A stretch of DNA of 58,276 nucleotides from Bacteroidales bacterium (GTDB lineage: Bacteria; Bacteroidota; Bacteroidia; Bacteroidales; UBA12077). The stretch's first letter is position 1. The number at the start of each line of letters is the position of its first letter. The notes beneath the pieces were generated by a model, which ran no database searches, was not told where the DNA came from, and was given only the letters and a program-made list of their open reading frames with translations. The DNA is taken from positions 1 through 58,276 of the forward strand of contig JAKSCO010000207.1 in the NCBI GenBank assembly GCA_022360575.1, in the 5' to 3' direction. Below, piece by piece: positions 1 through 10,588 of this stretch. A program made the position numbers and the translations under genes.

Positions 1-1
1 A

Positions 2-505
2 ATAAGAATGATTGAGGATATGGATGGTTGCTCAAAAGAAATCTCGAAAAAAAGCAAGTTGATGAAAATGGGAATATTTACAGCACTTGCTATTGCTATT
101 CATAATTTCCCCGAAGGGTTGGCTACATTTACAGCAGCATTAACTGATCCCAGCTTGGGTGTAGCTATTGCTGTTGCTATTGCTATCCACAATATCCCCG
201 AGGGGATTGCTGTTTCTGTGCCTATTTATTATGCAACAAAAAATAAAAAGAAAGCTTTCTGGTATTCTTTTTTATCGGGATTAGCCGAACCTGTAGGAGC
301 TTTAATAGGTTATTTAATATTGATGCCTTTTTTAACTCCTACTATATTTGGTGTATTATTTGCCGGTGTTGCCGGAATTATGGTGTTTATTTCGATAGAT
401 GAATTATTACCTGCTGCTCGTGAATATGGCGAGCATCACCTTTCGATTTATGGATTAGTAGCCGGAATGGCTGTAATGGGGATAAGCTTGCTATTGTTTA
501 TTTGA
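2..505 (+). CDS. zupT: ZIP-family zinc transporter ZupT (5' truncated by window edge)
   Basis: HNFPEG and HNIPEG ZIP motifs, LSGLAEPVG and DELLPAA. The frame is open to the window start, so the true start lies upstream. Confidence 0.92.
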   Translation: MRMIEDMDGCSKEISKKSKLMKMGIFTALAIAIHNFPEGLATFTAALTDPSLGVAIAVAIAIHNIPEGIAVSVPIYYATKNKKKAFWYSFLSGLAEPVGALIGYLILMPFLTPTIFGVLFAGVAGIMVFISIDELLPAAREYGEHHLSIYGLVAGMAVMGISLLLFI

Positions 506-1543
506 TTCGAGTTTTAGATACAATTGATTATCGATAATAGCAAAATCGATGAAATCAAATGAAATACTATCTGTAGTTACAGTCCGGATTAGGCTTTGGT
601 TTTTCGAAGAATAAGAATCGCTGGTATTTTCTACTTTCCCCGAAAGTTGTTTTGCAACAAACGAGATGTTTGTTAAGATTCCTGATAAATAGGTATTCCA
701 TAAACCTCGAGAAAGGTTAAATGCGTATAATTCATTTATTTGATTATTAATTATTGTTTCTGATTGATATCTGTATGGGCGTTTGTAAAAACTAATCCAG
801 TCATTTTTATAAGTAGAAAAAATATTGTAACAATTGTTTACTTGCTTATAATTGTATTCTGAAGCAATCTGTAATGTATCTGAAACAGTTTTCTCATTTA
901 TGTTAAAATTAAAGAAACTAACCTTTTCTTTCGAGGAATTTTCTTCGATAAATACTTGCAGATATTCTCCTTTTATCCTAATTGTGTCAGTTTTTGTTAA
1001 GCTAGACTTTGTATTGAAATCTATAAGAACAATAGCTTCGTTATATTTTGTAAAAAAGGTATCAATAAGTGTAATTGCCGAATCGTTATAAGTTAGTTGA
1101 CCTTCGGCTAATAGATAATCCTGAAATTTTGTTGATTTACAAGTAGCATTTATAGCTGCTTCTTGTAGGTTATTGTAGTTATCGTTGATATTACTTATTT
1201 TACAATGATTTAATAATGTATATATTGCTTTTGCTCTAAAGATAGCTAAATCAAAAGCTTTTATTCTATCCATATTGGGGTCAGATATACCAATAACTTT
1301 TTTTGGATCTTTAGTATAATTAAAAATCCAATCGGGCAGATTTTCGGGTATCTTATCATATAATACTTTTGTAAGATCAATAGAATCGTTTGTGTTTAGA
1401 AATTCCTTATCAAATATATTTGTTTCGTATATCTTATAGTTTTGCTGAATGATTTCTGTTTCTTGCGAGAATAGTAGAGATACTCTGAAAGCAAGAAGAA
1501 ATGTGAGGATATATTTCATAGCTTTGTTTTTGGTTTTGTTCAT
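491..1543 (-). CDS. Hypothetical exported protein
   Basis: 350-aa ORF with a Sec-like signal ([19 protein letters not shown]). The start may be ATG 1519. No family recognised. The 3' end overlaps the zupT 3' end by 15 bp. Confidence 0.7.
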   Translation of the reverse strand: MNKTKNKAMKYILTFLLAFRVSLLFSQETEIIQQNYKIYETNIFDKEFLNTNDSIDLTKVLYDKIPENLPDWIFNYTKDPKKVIGISDPNMDRIKAFDLAIFRAKAIYTLLNHCKISNINDNYNNLQEAAINATCKSTKFQDYLLAEGQLTYNDSAITLIDTFFTKYNEAIVLIDFNTKSSLTKTDTIRIKGEYLQVFIEENSSKEKVSFFNFNINEKTVSDTLQIASEYNYKQVNNCYNIFSTYKNDWISFYKRPYRYQSETIINNQINELYAFNLSRGLWNTYLSGILTNISFVAKQLSGKVENTSDSYSSKNQSLIRTVTTDSISFDFIDFAIIDNQLYLKLESNKQ

Positions 1544-1554
1544 GATAATAGTTC

Positions 1555-1588
1555 AAAAAAAGATTGTATTTCTTACAATACAATCTTT
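1555..1588 (-). terminator. Intrinsic terminator after the TonB-dependent receptor
   Basis: 12-bp perfect stem AAAGATTGTATT/AATACAATCTTT with a 6-nt loop. The A-run at 1555-1561 gives a U-tract on the - strand. Confidence 0.75.
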
Positions 1589-1615
1589 AAGCCAAAGTTT
1601 TGTATCAGAAATCTT

Positions 1616-4021
1616 TTAAAACGAAACTCTAAGACTGGCAATTAAATTTCTTCCTGGAGCAACAATCCCTGATGAGTATGGTCTGTATCTGTTGTCAAGT
1701 ATATTTTCGACACCCACATTTAGTATCCCGAACTTTTTAATTTTATACGAAACCATACAGCTTAGGGTAAACCACGACGGAGAATAAGGATTCCCATCTT
1801 TATCTATTGCATACATATAAGTTTTAGAATGCTCGCTTGGAGCTAAATTTTTATGGCTAATTTCTCCGTTGTAATTAGCAAAAACCGATGCTTTAATCTT
1901 TTTATATGTATAAGTTACTCGAGTACTTCCGAATAAAGGCGATACGTGTCGTAAAGGAATTCCATCCTGATCTTCTCCTTTTGTAAAACTAATTATTGAT
2001 TTAAGTTCTAAGTTGCGAAATAATTCTAGTTTTATTTTAGAACTACAACCATAAATATGGGCTTTGTTGGCATTTACTACGGCTTGTACATTACTCATTT
2101 CTCCATCGTATACAATAGAGTCTTGTCCGTTAAATGAGAAATCTCTACGAACAAAAGCATCTGTTAAAAAGGTAAAGAAATATGTAAAATTAAATGTTCC
2201 CCTATTTCCTAATTGTGCTTCAATTCCATTGTCAATATTATAAACATACTCAGGTTTTAAGTTTTTATTTGGAACGACAACATTTTTTGGCGACGAATCA
2301 AATATTTTTGAAATATCATCAATATTAGGAGCATGAAATCCAGAAGATAGATTGAGATTTATTTGACATCCTCTAAATCTGTAAACTAAGCCTAGCGATC
2401 CGTTTATTGCTTTGTTTTTTACAGAAATTTCATTGTAAGGAAAATTAAAAAATGTTTTATCTTTTAATGTAGAATAAATACTCACATAGTTTGCTCTTAA
2501 TCCGGTAATAATGGTAAACGACTTAGTTATATTATCCTTATATCCTAAATACATGGCAAGGGTAGTATAATCGTTTTCTCCATCGGGGTAGCGTGTCGAT
2601 ACAGGACTTAGCTCATTGGTTATTATGTTTTTTATATGTCCGATTGAGTTTACGGTATTATAAACAGCTTCGAGACCATAAAATAGCATATTGTTGCTAT
2701 TAAATTCTTTATCTAGATCGAAATTAAGGCTATAGGCTTTAACCTCTTCGGTGCGTTCGCGTATCTCTTTTTTCCCAAATTTTCGGTCGTGCCTACTTTC
2801 TTCGTAATCTTGATATGCTGTAGTTACCTTTAGCTTATCAAACAAAAGACCTTTGTTGTTGTAAGTGAAATTTAATCTGTGCATATCCCATTTCTGTGGT
2901 CCATAATACCATTCGCCATATTCTAGGGCACCTTTTCTTACTTGGATTAATCGATCGTATCGAGGAACATCAGATAGTCTTGAATAATGAAAAGCATAGT
3001 CGAGATTTATCTTTCTTGAAGGACGAAATCGTATTTTATGCATGGTATTTATCTGGCTATAGCCAGATTGAATTTGCTTATTTGGTTTGTTGTTTATGAT
3101 TATTTGATCAATACCATTTATTTGATCTACATACTCATTGCGTTGATAGTCTGAGTTGTTGTTTGATCCCATAGTTAAATCTCCGTAATCGCTATAAGTT
3201 ATGCTCGATAAGATACCGATCTTATCATTTCCTAAATTAAGATCAACATGTCCTGTTTTCTCTGAATTAGCTGATGAGTGTCTTGCAAATGCTGTTCCTT
3301 TTAATTTGAATTGTTTGCTTGTTGACAATCTTACTGGTAAAGTATGAAAATCCATTACCCCTCCAAGAGCATCGCTTCCGTAAGTAATTGACCCAGGGCC
3401 AAAAATTACCTCACTACGCTGAATGCTGTTGGCATCTAATGAAATTACATTTTGTAAGTTCCCTCCGCGGTATATAGCATTATTCATTCGTACTCCATCA
3501 ACTACCAGTAAAACACTATTAGCCGAAAATCCTCTAATCATAGGGCTTCCTCCCCCCAGTTGACTTTTCTGAATAAATACTTCGGATGATGTAGCCAATA
3601 AATCGGCAGTTGTTTGGGGGTCGTTAAAACTGATTTGAGGTTGTAATATGCTTGTTATCTTATTTGGAATTTCTTCTTTTTTCTGTTCCCATCGGTATAC
3701 CGAAATTACAGATTCTTCTAATCTTACAACTAATTTATAGAGGTAAACAACGTAACCCTGTTTCTTTAATTGTTGCTTACTCATTAGTATCTCTTGATAA
3801 GAACGATGTTGAACGTGTATTAGTTCTGTGTCTGAAAACTTATCAAGCTTAACTAAACCTTCTTTATCGGTAATACCTGATTTATTTTTCGTTTGGTTAT
3901 AAATAGCAACTCCCTCAATTGGAGTTTCGTCATCAAAGTCTTTTATCTGGAGTGTTTGTCCTAAAACACTATACGACAGGAAAAAGGCTAATAAATAAAT
4001 GCAAATTGATTTTAAAAACAT
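1616..4021 (-). CDS. TonB-dependent outer membrane receptor (heme/iron-uptake-like)
   Basis: Signal peptide and N-terminal CarboxypepD_reg-like domain. Plug motifs SPMIRGF..VLLVVDGVR and EVIFGPGSITYGSDALGG; also GFHAPN, NLKPE, ENILDNRY and a C-terminal Phe. Confidence 0.92.
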   Translation of the reverse strand: MFLKSICIYLLAFFLSYSVLGQTLQIKDFDDETPIEGVAIYNQTKNKSGITDKEGLVKLDKFSDTELIHVQHRSYQEILMSKQQLKKQGYVVYLYKLVVRLEESVISVYRWEQKKEEIPNKITSILQPQISFNDPQTTADLLATSSEVFIQKSQLGGGSPMIRGFSANSVLLVVDGVRMNNAIYRGGNLQNVISLDANSIQRSEVIFGPGSITYGSDALGGVMDFHTLPVRLSTSKQFKLKGTAFARHSSANSEKTGHVDLNLGNDKIGILSSITYSDYGDLTMGSNNNSDYQRNEYVDQINGIDQIIINNKPNKQIQSGYSQINTMHKIRFRPSRKINLDYAFHYSRLSDVPRYDRLIQVRKGALEYGEWYYGPQKWDMHRLNFTYNNKGLLFDKLKVTTAYQDYEESRHDRKFGKKEIRERTEEVKAYSLNFDLDKEFNSNNMLFYGLEAVYNTVNSIGHIKNIITNELSPVSTRYPDGENDYTTLAMYLGYKDNITKSFTIITGLRANYVSIYSTLKDKTFFNFPYNEISVKNKAINGSLGLVYRFRGCQINLNLSSGFHAPNIDDISKIFDSSPKNVVVPNKNLKPEYVYNIDNGIEAQLGNRGTFNFTYFFTFLTDAFVRRDFSFNGQDSIVYDGEMSNVQAVVNANKAHIYGCSSKIKLELFRNLELKSIISFTKGEDQDGIPLRHVSPLFGSTRVTYTYKKIKASVFANYNGEISHKNLAPSEHSKTYMYAIDKDGNPYSPSWFTLSCMVSYKIKKFGILNVGVENILDNRYRPYSSGIVAPGRNLIASLRVSF

Positions 4022-4170
4022 AGTTATAAATTAGATTTTAATTTAAACAAAAGTACTAAAATTAGATTCGAATAAAATCATTGAGTTTAATTATACTAAT
4101 GTTGAATAAAACATATAGCTACAATTTACAAAGAACTAAATCAATATTTAATGATATATGTAAATACGAA

Positions 4171-4203
4171 TTTGTTCTATTAAAATTTTATTTAATAATT
4201 TTG
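4171..4203 (+). promoter_or_regulatory. Bacteroidota housekeeping promoter (-33/-7)
   Basis: TTTG (4171-4174), 21-nt spacer, TAATTTTG (4196-4203), 29 nt before ATG 4233. A divergent TACTTTTG lies on the - strand at 4048-4055 for the receptor gene. Confidence 0.65.
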
Positions 4204-4232
4204 ATAAAAACTGAATAAGCTATATAAATCAT

Positions 4233-6983
4233 ATGTTTAAAAAAATCATCTTTACGGTTTTAGTATTACTGTTTTCTGTTTCGTTATATTTTGGATACAA
4301 GTATTTAAATGAACAAAAACAGCCTGAATTTAATATCTACAAGACAATACCTCTTGATGTAAATTTTATTGTTGAGGGCAATAATTTGGTTAATTATTTA
4401 TCAGAAATTAAAGAGGGAAATAAGTTGTGGCAAGAACTTACTAGTTTTCCTTCGATAGTTAAGTTAGAATCCGATTTAGAATTTCTTGATAGTTTATCCA
4501 AAAATAATTCAAAAATAAATCGTTTGCTTCAGAATAGGCAATTAATAATAACTGCTCATAAATTGGGCGAAGATCAGTTGGGTTTCCTATTTTTTACTAA
4601 GTTGCAAAATGTTCGCGATAAGAAAGATTTACTGGAATTAATATCTGTTTTAACTAACAAAAAACTTAAGGTTCGAAATTATAACAACACTAAGATGTAT
4701 ATGCTCGAATTAAAAGATCGAGAGTTGAATATCGCATCAAAAAAAGGGGTTCTGATTGTTAGTTCATCATCTATTTTAGTTGAAAATTCGATTCGACAAA
4801 TTGATGTTAAAAAATCATTATTAGATGATAATGGTTTTGTGAGAGTAAAAAAGACCTCAGGTAAAAATGTAGATGCAAATTTGTATGTCAATTTCTCCAA
4901 TTTCAATAATCTTATATCGTCTGTATTAAATGGAAAATATAGGTCAAAGATTAAGAACTATCCTAATTTGGGTAATTGGATCGAGTTAGATATTAACCTA
5001 AAAAACAATGCTGTTTTATTAAACGGATTTAGTTCGAGTAACGATTCAACAAACAATTACTTCAATATTTTCTTAAATCAACGAGCCATTAGTCATAAGA
5101 TAAACACAATACTTCCGTCGAATACCGCTTTGTTTTCTTTGCTTGGGGTTAGCAATAATAAGCAATACCTTAATTCGTACAAACAATATTTGCGCAAACA
5201 AAATAAGATTGGTCAATACAATCGTTTTGTATCGCACTATAAACAGAAATATTCTATTGATTTTGAACTATTTTTTGAGCAATATTTCAACGAAGAAGCA
5301 GGTATTATAGTAACCGATATTCCTAATAAAAGCTTTAGTGAAAATACTTTTATTGCTATGCGTACTCACAGTAAGAGTATTACCGAGCAAGAGATTAACA
5401 GTATAATTACTAAAATAGCTAAGGTAAACAAACAAAAGAAATCGGATTATATAAGTGATTTAAGAATTGATAAAGAAACAAGTTATAAGTTATATAATTT
5501 TCCGGCACGAAAGTTTTATCGAACTTTTTTGGGAGATATTTTCCCTGAATTCGAGGTTCAGTATTTAACGTTTATTGATAATTTTATGATTGTAGGTAGT
5601 TCAAAAAATATGCTTTCGTGGTTTATACACTCATATATTCTTCAGAAAACTTTAGATAACGATATTCGATTTAAGCAATTTAATAATTACTTATCGTCGA
5701 AATCAAACTTTTATTTTTATACCAATATGTATCATTCGCCGAATTTTATTTCGCAATTTTTAACTCCAAACCTACGCAAAGAGTTTAATAAGCACATTGA
5801 TAGTTTTAGAAAATTTCAGGCATTGGCTATACAGTTTCAGAAAAATAGCGACATGATTTATAATAATATCTTTTTACAATATGTTCCGGAAATAAAAGAA
5901 GAAGCTGTAACTGTTTGGGAAAGCCATTTAGATACAGCAATAAATTTTAAACCTACTTTAGTAACCAATCATTATACAAAAGAAAATGAAATATTTGTTC
6001 AGGATTTGGACAACAAAGTATATTTGATAAATAAAGTAGGACGTGTATTATGGAAACTACAACTTAACGAAAAAATAAATAGCGAGATATATCAGGTTGA
6101 TTGCTATAAAAACGGGAAATTGCAAATACTCTTTAGTACAAAAAATAAAATCCATTTAATCGATCGAAAAGGGAACTATGTAGAGCAATATCCTATAAAA
6201 TTACGATCGCCTTCGACAACAGGATTGTCTCTATTTGATTATGATAAATCGCGCGATTATCGAATTTTTGTGCCGTGTAAAAACAAAAATGTGTATCTAT
6301 ACAACATTAAAGGAAAATTAATTAACGGATGGAAGTTTAATAAAACAGATACCCATGTATTAAATTCGGTGCAACATTTCAGAGCAAAAACAAATGACTA
6401 TTTAATATTTGCTGACATACACAGGGTTTATATACTAAACAGAAGAGGTGATGAAAGAGTCTTTGTAAAATCGCAATTTTCTAAATCTAAAAATAATATA
6501 TTTGTTCTTGATAAAAATGGAAACAGAGTACGATTTGTAACCACTGATACTTCGGGTGTTGTTAAGTTTGTTAGTGCAAATGGTACTGTAGAATCAAAAA
6601 AAGTAGATGTTTTTTCTAAAAATCATTATTTCGATTATCAAGATATAAATGCCGATGGGATTAATGATTTTATTTTTCTGGATAAAAACGAGTTAAAAGT
6701 ATTTAAAAATGATGGTTCGATTTTATTTAAATATAAATTTGATACAGAAATAAAAACTAAGCCATCGTATTATTATTTTTCGTATGACGATCGAAAACTT
6801 GGCATTGTATCCGACGCAACAAACGAATTATTTTTATTTAATAATGACGGAACACTTTATAAAGGATTTCCGTTAAAGGGTAGTTCTCCATTTACAATAG
6901 GCTACCTTAGTAATACGAGAAATCAATTTAATTTAATTGTCGGATCAAAATATAATTTCTTATACAATTATGCTGTAAATTAG
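4233..6983 (+). CDS. Membrane-anchored protein, DUF3352-like N-terminus plus C-terminal beta-propeller
   Basis: N-terminal TM helix. The C-terminal ~360 aa carry propeller/FG-GAP-like repeats (DCYKNGKLQILF, DYDKSRDYRIF, DINADGINDFIF, GFP). Family assignment is from memory. Confidence 0.65.
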   Translation: MFKKIIFTVLVLLFSVSLYFGYKYLNEQKQPEFNIYKTIPLDVNFIVEGNNLVNYLSEIKEGNKLWQELTSFPSIVKLESDLEFLDSLSKNNSKINRLLQNRQLIITAHKLGEDQLGFLFFTKLQNVRDKKDLLELISVLTNKKLKVRNYNNTKMYMLELKDRELNIASKKGVLIVSSSSILVENSIRQIDVKKSLLDDNGFVRVKKTSGKNVDANLYVNFSNFNNLISSVLNGKYRSKIKNYPNLGNWIELDINLKNNAVLLNGFSSSNDSTNNYFNIFLNQRAISHKINTILPSNTALFSLLGVSNNKQYLNSYKQYLRKQNKIGQYNRFVSHYKQKYSIDFELFFEQYFNEEAGIIVTDIPNKSFSENTFIAMRTHSKSITEQEINSIITKIAKVNKQKKSDYISDLRIDKETSYKLYNFPARKFYRTFLGDIFPEFEVQYLTFIDNFMIVGSSKNMLSWFIHSYILQKTLDNDIRFKQFNNYLSSKSNFYFYTNMYHSPNFISQFLTPNLRKEFNKHIDSFRKFQALAIQFQKNSDMIYNNIFLQYVPEIKEEAVTVWESHLDTAINFKPTLVTNHYTKENEIFVQDLDNKVYLINKVGRVLWKLQLNEKINSEIYQVDCYKNGKLQILFSTKNKIHLIDRKGNYVEQYPIKLRSPSTTGLSLFDYDKSRDYRIFVPCKNKNVYLYNIKGKLINGWKFNKTDTHVLNSVQHFRAKTNDYLIFADIHRVYILNRRGDERVFVKSQFSKSKNNIFVLDKNGNRVRFVTTDTSGVVKFVSANGTVESKKVDVFSKNHYFDYQDINADGINDFIFLDKNELKVFKNDGSILFKYKFDTEIKTKPSYYYFSYDDRKLGIVSDATNELFLFNNDGTLYKGFPLKGSSPFTIGYLSNTRNQFNLIVGSKYNFLYNYAVN

Positions 6984-7000
6984 TAATAAAACCTAATAAT

Positions 7001-8650
7001 ATGAACACTTTAAAACACTCTATTGCGCTGAAAATTATTGGCCTGATTTTATTAGTATTTATTTCTTATCAATGTATGTACGATGAATTTCGTTTTGATG
7101 AGTTAGATACTTCAGTGTCGATTAATCTGCCGGTTCCGTTAATTCACGGATCACTTAGTTTCAACGATTTGGTTTCTGGGATTGATAATTCAAGCCATTT
7201 TGTAGTAGGACCTAATGGATTATTAACTTTATATTATACCGATACTATCGAAAGTATTTCGGCAAATAATATTGTTCAAATTCCAGAGCAAGCTTTTTCA
7301 TCTCCTTTTTCGGAAACTGAATTTAGTTTTCCTCCAGGAAATATCCCAGCTGATACTTTCGAAGTAACAAAAACAGCCCAATATCCTTTTGCTTTTACTC
7401 ATAACGAAAAAATCGATAGCATTTATATAAATTCTGGAGATATCGAATTTAATATAAGCTCATCATTTTCGCATCAGGCTCGTGTAGATATTACAATTGA
7501 TGCTCTAACTCAAAACAGTATCCCTTTTACCAGATCATTTCTTGTCGAAAAATCGTCGACCCAGATATACAAAAAGGTAAAGTTTAACTTAAATAATTAC
7601 CATATGTATTTACATGATTCAACAGGGAATGACAATATGTTTTTGCCAGTTCAATTTCATGTAAGTGTATTTACCGATGGTGTCGGAGGTATTAATAATA
7701 GCTCGCTACAGGTAGCTACAACATTAAATAATTTAGATTTTGATGCTGTTTTTGGTTATGTCGGAAATCAACATCTAATAACCCAGTCAGGAAATTTCGA
7801 TCTTAATTTCTTTAATATTCCTTCGGGAGGAAATATTAAATTTACCGAACCACAAATTAATTTCCATATAAAAAATTCGTTTGGGGTTCCTTCAATGATA
7901 AATCTAAACAGATTAGCCGGGTTTAATAATCAGGGCGATTCAATAAATCTTACTTACATTAATAGCTCTGTTAATCATTTTAGATATGCATATCCCAATA
8001 TCGAAGAATATGGGCAAACCAAAGATACTACTGTAAGTTTAGATAAAGACAACTCATCTATTTCGCAATTTGTATCATTTATTCCTTCGAGTATAAAATA
8101 CGATATTGATGTAACAACAAACCCCGATAATAAAGGCGAAGAAAACTTTATAAGGGCAAATAACAAAGTTGATATTACTATGGAACTGGCCTTGCCTCTT
8201 ACTTTGAGTGTTGATAACTTTGTTTTGATAGATACTCTTAGCGACATATTAAAAGACGGTTGGAACTCCGAGAATGGAGTTGATCATCTTGATTTGGTTA
8301 TGAAAGTAGAAAATGGGATGCCTTTAAACATTGATTTACAGCTTATCTTAACCGATTCGGAATACAATCATTTAGATACGGTATTCGAAAATTCGGAACT
8401 TCCGGTGGCTTTAGCAGCTACAATTAATCCCCAAACAGGAGAAACAATAAAACCAACACAAAAAGTTGTAAAAATAAATTACGAGACTAAAGATTTAGAA
8501 AAGATAAAAAGAGCTCGACATGCTTTGTTCTTAGTAGATATAGAATCACCTAGCATTAATGGAAATCAAGTTCAGGTTAAGATTCTCGAATCTCAAACAA
8601 TTAAATTTAGTTTGGGAGCTAATGTAGGCTTAAATGTTAATGATAATTAA
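7001..8650 (+). CDS. Hypothetical beta-rich lipoprotein, partner of the DUF5723 barrel
   Basis: Hydrophobic signal ending in ISYQ-C followed by acidic MYDEFRFDELD. Gaps of 17 and 10 bp to its neighbours suggest co-transcription. Confidence 0.65.
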   Translation: MNTLKHSIALKIIGLILLVFISYQCMYDEFRFDELDTSVSINLPVPLIHGSLSFNDLVSGIDNSSHFVVGPNGLLTLYYTDTIESISANNIVQIPEQAFSSPFSETEFSFPPGNIPADTFEVTKTAQYPFAFTHNEKIDSIYINSGDIEFNISSSFSHQARVDITIDALTQNSIPFTRSFLVEKSSTQIYKKVKFNLNNYHMYLHDSTGNDNMFLPVQFHVSVFTDGVGGINNSSLQVATTLNNLDFDAVFGYVGNQHLITQSGNFDLNFFNIPSGGNIKFTEPQINFHIKNSFGVPSMINLNRLAGFNNQGDSINLTYINSSVNHFRYAYPNIEEYGQTKDTTVSLDKDNSSISQFVSFIPSSIKYDIDVTTNPDNKGEENFIRANNKVDITMELALPLTLSVDNFVLIDTLSDILKDGWNSENGVDHLDLVMKVENGMPLNIDLQLILTDSEYNHLDTVFENSELPVALAATINPQTGETIKPTQKVVKINYETKDLEKIKRARHALFLVDIESPSINGNQVQVKILESQTIKFSLGANVGLNVNDN

Positions 8651-8660
8651 ACACTAAATA

Positions 8661-10127
8661 ATGATTAAAACTGCTTTTATAAAAAAAATACTAATATCAC
8701 TTATTGTATTTTTTACAACAAATACACTTATAGCTCAGGAAAGTCAAACATTATATTATATGAATCGAATTCCTCAGGCTCGATATCTGAACCCGGCTTT
8801 TGCCCCCGACTGTAACATCTTTATTGGTTTACCAACTCTTTCTTCTTTTTATTTTGGTTTAGGAAACAATCGTTTAGTACTTACAGATATTATTATTGAT
8901 CATCCTGTAAAAGGAACTCCTATTACTGTTTTTCATCCCGATGCGAATATAGATTCAGATTATTTTTCGAGTATCCTAAAAGAACGCAATTATTTGTATG
9001 ATAATTTGTCGACAGATATATTGTCTTTTGGTTTTAGAGTGCAAGATTGGTACTTCTCGATGAACGTGTCAGAAAAACTCGATATGGCTGTTAATTATCC
9101 CAAAGACCTAGTTAAACTCTTATTAGAAGATCCCGAAAATTATACATCCTTATCGGTCGATTTAAGTTCGTTTGGCTTTAATGCATCATTGTATCAAGAG
9201 TATGGCTTTGGAGTTTCGAAACAAATAAGCCCAAAGCTATCGGTTGGTGGTAAACTGAAAATTATAGGCGGACATGTAAATTCTAAAACCAATTATTCAA
9301 AGAATAAGTTAAAGTTGCAAACCAATATGGACTCGTTGTATATCGAAGGTGATGCTACAATATATACTACATCTCCATATTCGGCCGAAACCGACGAAAA
9401 AGGTAATTTTGATAAATTTAATACCTCTTCGTTTGACGTAAACGATGCATTAGATTATGCCCTATCGCTCCAAAATTTCGGTTTAGGAATAGATTTAGGA
9501 GCTACTTATAAACCCATAAATAAGCTCTTATTATCGGCAAGTATTATCGATTTAGGATACATTAAATGGAACGAAAAAAATGTAACTAAATTAGATTTAA
9601 AAGGAACACACTCTTTTAGAGGATTTGATTTTAGCGAGGATATAGCAGATAACGACGATAATGGCGGAGATAACCAATCGTTTTCGGACATAACCGATTC
9701 GATAAAAAATAGTTTTGATATTGCCCCTCAACACGAGTCGTATAAAACATTTTTATCGACAAAGATTTATATTGGTGCATCTTATTATATTTCGCCTAAA
9801 GTCGATTTTGGATTTTTATCGCGAACCTATTTTTATAACCAAAGTGTTTCGCAATCGTTTACTTTATCAACCAATGTGCGACCTATAAGAGGCGTGTCGG
9901 CAAGTTTAACTTATTCGATAATCGACAATACTTTTAACAATTTAGGTTTTGGATTAATATTAGGAGGTGCTCCAATTCAGTTTTATATAATGTCTGATAA
10001 TGCTTCGGTTGCATTATGGGGACATAAAACCAATACGGTTAACTTTAGATTTGGATTAAATCTTACTTTTGGATCTTATGAGAAAAAGAAAAAATCAGAT
10101 ATTCCTTTGTTAGAATCTATATTTTAA
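8661..10127 (+). CDS. DUF5723-family outer membrane beta-barrel protein
   Basis: Signal peptide, YLNPAF, GLGIDLGATY, SASIIDLGYIKW, and C-terminal FRFGLNLTFG. Confidence 0.75.
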   Translation: MIKTAFIKKILISLIVFFTTNTLIAQESQTLYYMNRIPQARYLNPAFAPDCNIFIGLPTLSSFYFGLGNNRLVLTDIIIDHPVKGTPITVFHPDANIDSDYFSSILKERNYLYDNLSTDILSFGFRVQDWYFSMNVSEKLDMAVNYPKDLVKLLLEDPENYTSLSVDLSSFGFNASLYQEYGFGVSKQISPKLSVGGKLKIIGGHVNSKTNYSKNKLKLQTNMDSLYIEGDATIYTTSPYSAETDEKGNFDKFNTSSFDVNDALDYALSLQNFGLGIDLGATYKPINKLLLSASIIDLGYIKWNEKNVTKLDLKGTHSFRGFDFSEDIADNDDNGGDNQSFSDITDSIKNSFDIAPQHESYKTFLSTKIYIGASYYISPKVDFGFLSRTYFYNQSVSQSFTLSTNVRPIRGVSASLTYSIIDNTFNNLGFGLILGGAPIQFYIMSDNASVALWGHKTNTVNFRFGLNLTFGSYEKKKKSDIPLLESIF

Positions 10128-10208
10128 GGAAAAAAGAGTTGAGTCATATTAATCTCAATTAACTTTTGGTTTTTATTTAGTATTTAATGTATATAACTTA
10201 ATCGAATT

Positions 10209-10241
10209 AAAATGATGAATCGTCTGGTTCATCATTTTTTT
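10209..10241 (+). terminator. Intrinsic terminator after the DUF5723 operon
   Basis: Stem AAAATGATGAA/TTCATCATTTT running into a T-tract. Confidence 0.65.
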
Positions 10242-10276
10242 CTTTAATCCCAACTGTATTTTGTCAACTCAATTCA

Positions 10277-10517
10277 TCGAGAGCATTTTCCCGATAGAAA
10301 AGGATAAAAACCAGTGTCGAGAGTATTTTTCTGAAAGGAAAAAGCCAAAACTGATGTCGAGAGCATTTTTCCAACGGAATTTTGCCAATTTTGTCAATCT
10401 AGAGTATTTTTCCGATAGAAAAAAATAAAAACCATTGTCGAGAGTGTTTTTCTGAAAGGAAAAAGCTAAAACTGATGTCGAGAACATTTTTCCAATAGAA
10501 AAATAAAAAGCAGAAAT
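10277..10517. repeat. Tandem array of six ~40-bp degenerate units (higher-order ABC-ABC, 121-bp period)
   Basis: Units start TC(G/T)AGA at 10277, 10317, 10357, 10398, 10438 and 10478. Consensus TCGAGAGYATTTTTC-N5/6-GAAAAA. Units 1~4 and 2~5 are nearly identical. Confidence 0.9.
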
Positions 10518-10588
10518 TTATTTCAAAATAGTTCTAGTTTAAATTAAAATAATTAAATTCGAGACTTAAACCTAAAATTTTAACCCAA

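Noticed and set aside
10269-10487. 72-aa minus-strand ORF
   Set aside because: It lies essentially within the 40-bp array and has no recognisable protein features.
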